A DNA stretch of 64,000 bases, taken from Mobula hypostoma (lineage: Eukaryota). The position numbers and the translations under genes are program-made. Positions within the stretch are counted from its first letter, which is position 1. Each line of letters starts with the position of its first letter. Below the pieces are notes generated by a model that was not told the DNA's origin, did no database searches, and saw only the letters and a program-made list of their open reading frames with translations. Where the stretch lies: assembly GCF_963921235.1 (NCBI RefSeq), contig NC_086120.1, positions 27,528,001-27,592,000 on the forward strand. Reading direction: 5' to 3'. This document shows positions 62,665 through 64,000 of the stretch, piece after piece.

Positions 62665-64000
62665 AGAACATAGAACATAGAATAGTACAGTACAATACAG
62701 GCCCTTCAGCCCACAATGTTGTGCTGACCCTCATACCCTGCCTCCCATATAAGCCCCCACCTTAAATTCCTCCATATACCTGTCTAGTAGTCTCTTAAAC
62801 TTCACTAGTGTATCTGCCTCCACCACTGACTCAGGCAGTGCATTCCACGCACCAACCACTCTCTGTGTAAAAAACCTTCCTCTAATATCCCCCTTGAACT
62901 TCCCACCCCTTACCTTAAAGCCGTCCTCTTGTATTGAGCAGTGGTGCCCTGGGGAAGAGGCGCTGGCTATCCACTCTATCTATTCCTCTTATTATCGTGT
63001 ACACCTCTATCATGTCTCCTCTCATCCTCCTTCTCTCCAAAGAGTAAAGTCCTAGCTCCCTTAATCTCTGATCATAATGCATACTTTTTAAACCAGGCAG
63101 CATCCTGGTAAATCTCCTCTGTACCCTTTCCAATGCTTCCACATCCTTCCTATAGTGAGGTGACCAGAACTGGACACAGCACTCCAAGTGTGGCCTAACC
63201 AGAGTTTTATAGAGCTGCATCATTACATCGCAGCTCTTAAACTCTATCCCTCGACTTATGAAAGCTAACACCCCATTAGCTTTCTTAACTACCCTATCCA
63301 CCTGTGAGGCAACTTTCAGGGATCTATGGACATGTACCCCGATATCCCTCTGCTCCTCCACACTACCAAGTATTCTGCCATTTACTTTGTACTCTGCCTT
63401 GGAGTTTGTCCTTCCGAAGTGTACCACCTCACACTTCTCCAGGTTGAACTCCATCTGCCACTTCTCAGCCCACTTCTACATCCTATCAATGTCTCTCTGC
63501 AATCTTTGACAATCCTCTATACTACCTACAACACCACCAACCCTTGTGTCGTCTGCAAACTTGCCAACCCACCCTTCTACCCCCACATCCAGGTCGTTAA
63601 TAAAAATCACGAAAAATAGAGGTCCCAGAACAGATCCTTGTGGGACACCACTAGCCACAATCCTCCAATCTGAATGTACTCCCTCTGCCTTCTGCAGGCA
63701 AGCCAATTCTGAATCCACCTGGCCAAGCTTCCCTGGATCCCATGCCTTCTGACTTTCTGAATAAGCCTACCTTGTGGAACCTTGTCAAATGCCTTACTAA
63801 AATCCATATAGATCACGTCTACTGCACTACCCTCATCTATATACCTGGTCACTTCCTCAAAGAACTCTATCAGGCTTGTTAGACACAATCTGCCCTTCAC
63901 AAAGCCATGCTGGCTGTCCCTGATCAGACCATGATTCTCTAAATGCCTATAGATCCTATCTCTAAGAATCTTTTCCAACAGCTTTCCCACCACAGATGTA
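62665..64000 (-). mobile_element. CR1 LINE 3' half, relatively young, continues past the window end
   Basis: QHGFVKGR, YMDFSKAFDKV, SGVPQGSVLGP, KFADDT, CVQFWSPHYRKD; (TTCTATG)n tail. Confidence 0.95.

Overview
Eukaryotic (vertebrate) genomic DNA. The repeat landscape (CR1, Penelope, V-SINE, Tc1, Rex1) suggests a cartilaginous fish, probably a ray; this is an inference. Two host genes lie in tandem on the minus strand, in the same order as in human: a complete 3-exon KLHL26 (ATG 41042, stop 30310, 603 aa) and exons 1-6 of CRTC1 (ATG 28766; the gene continues past the left edge). CRTC1 intron 3 is a minor-spliceosome AT-AC intron. The rest is mostly decayed transposable elements. The most notable structure is a complete 3.6-kb Gypsy/Mag-type LTR element (54701-58285; two LTRs, PBS, PPT, 5-bp TSD). 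Its RT/RNaseH/integrase region is replaced by a near full-length intronless SUDS3 cDNA, and its 5' leader carries a second host-like fragment resembling the ACIN1 C-terminus. It shares a target site with a hAT element inside an I/Nimb-type LINE. Penelope-derived termini with minimal hammerhead-ribozyme motifs are scattered through both genes, some as long inverted repeats. All identifications come from recalled protein sequences and motif inspection; no database searches were run.
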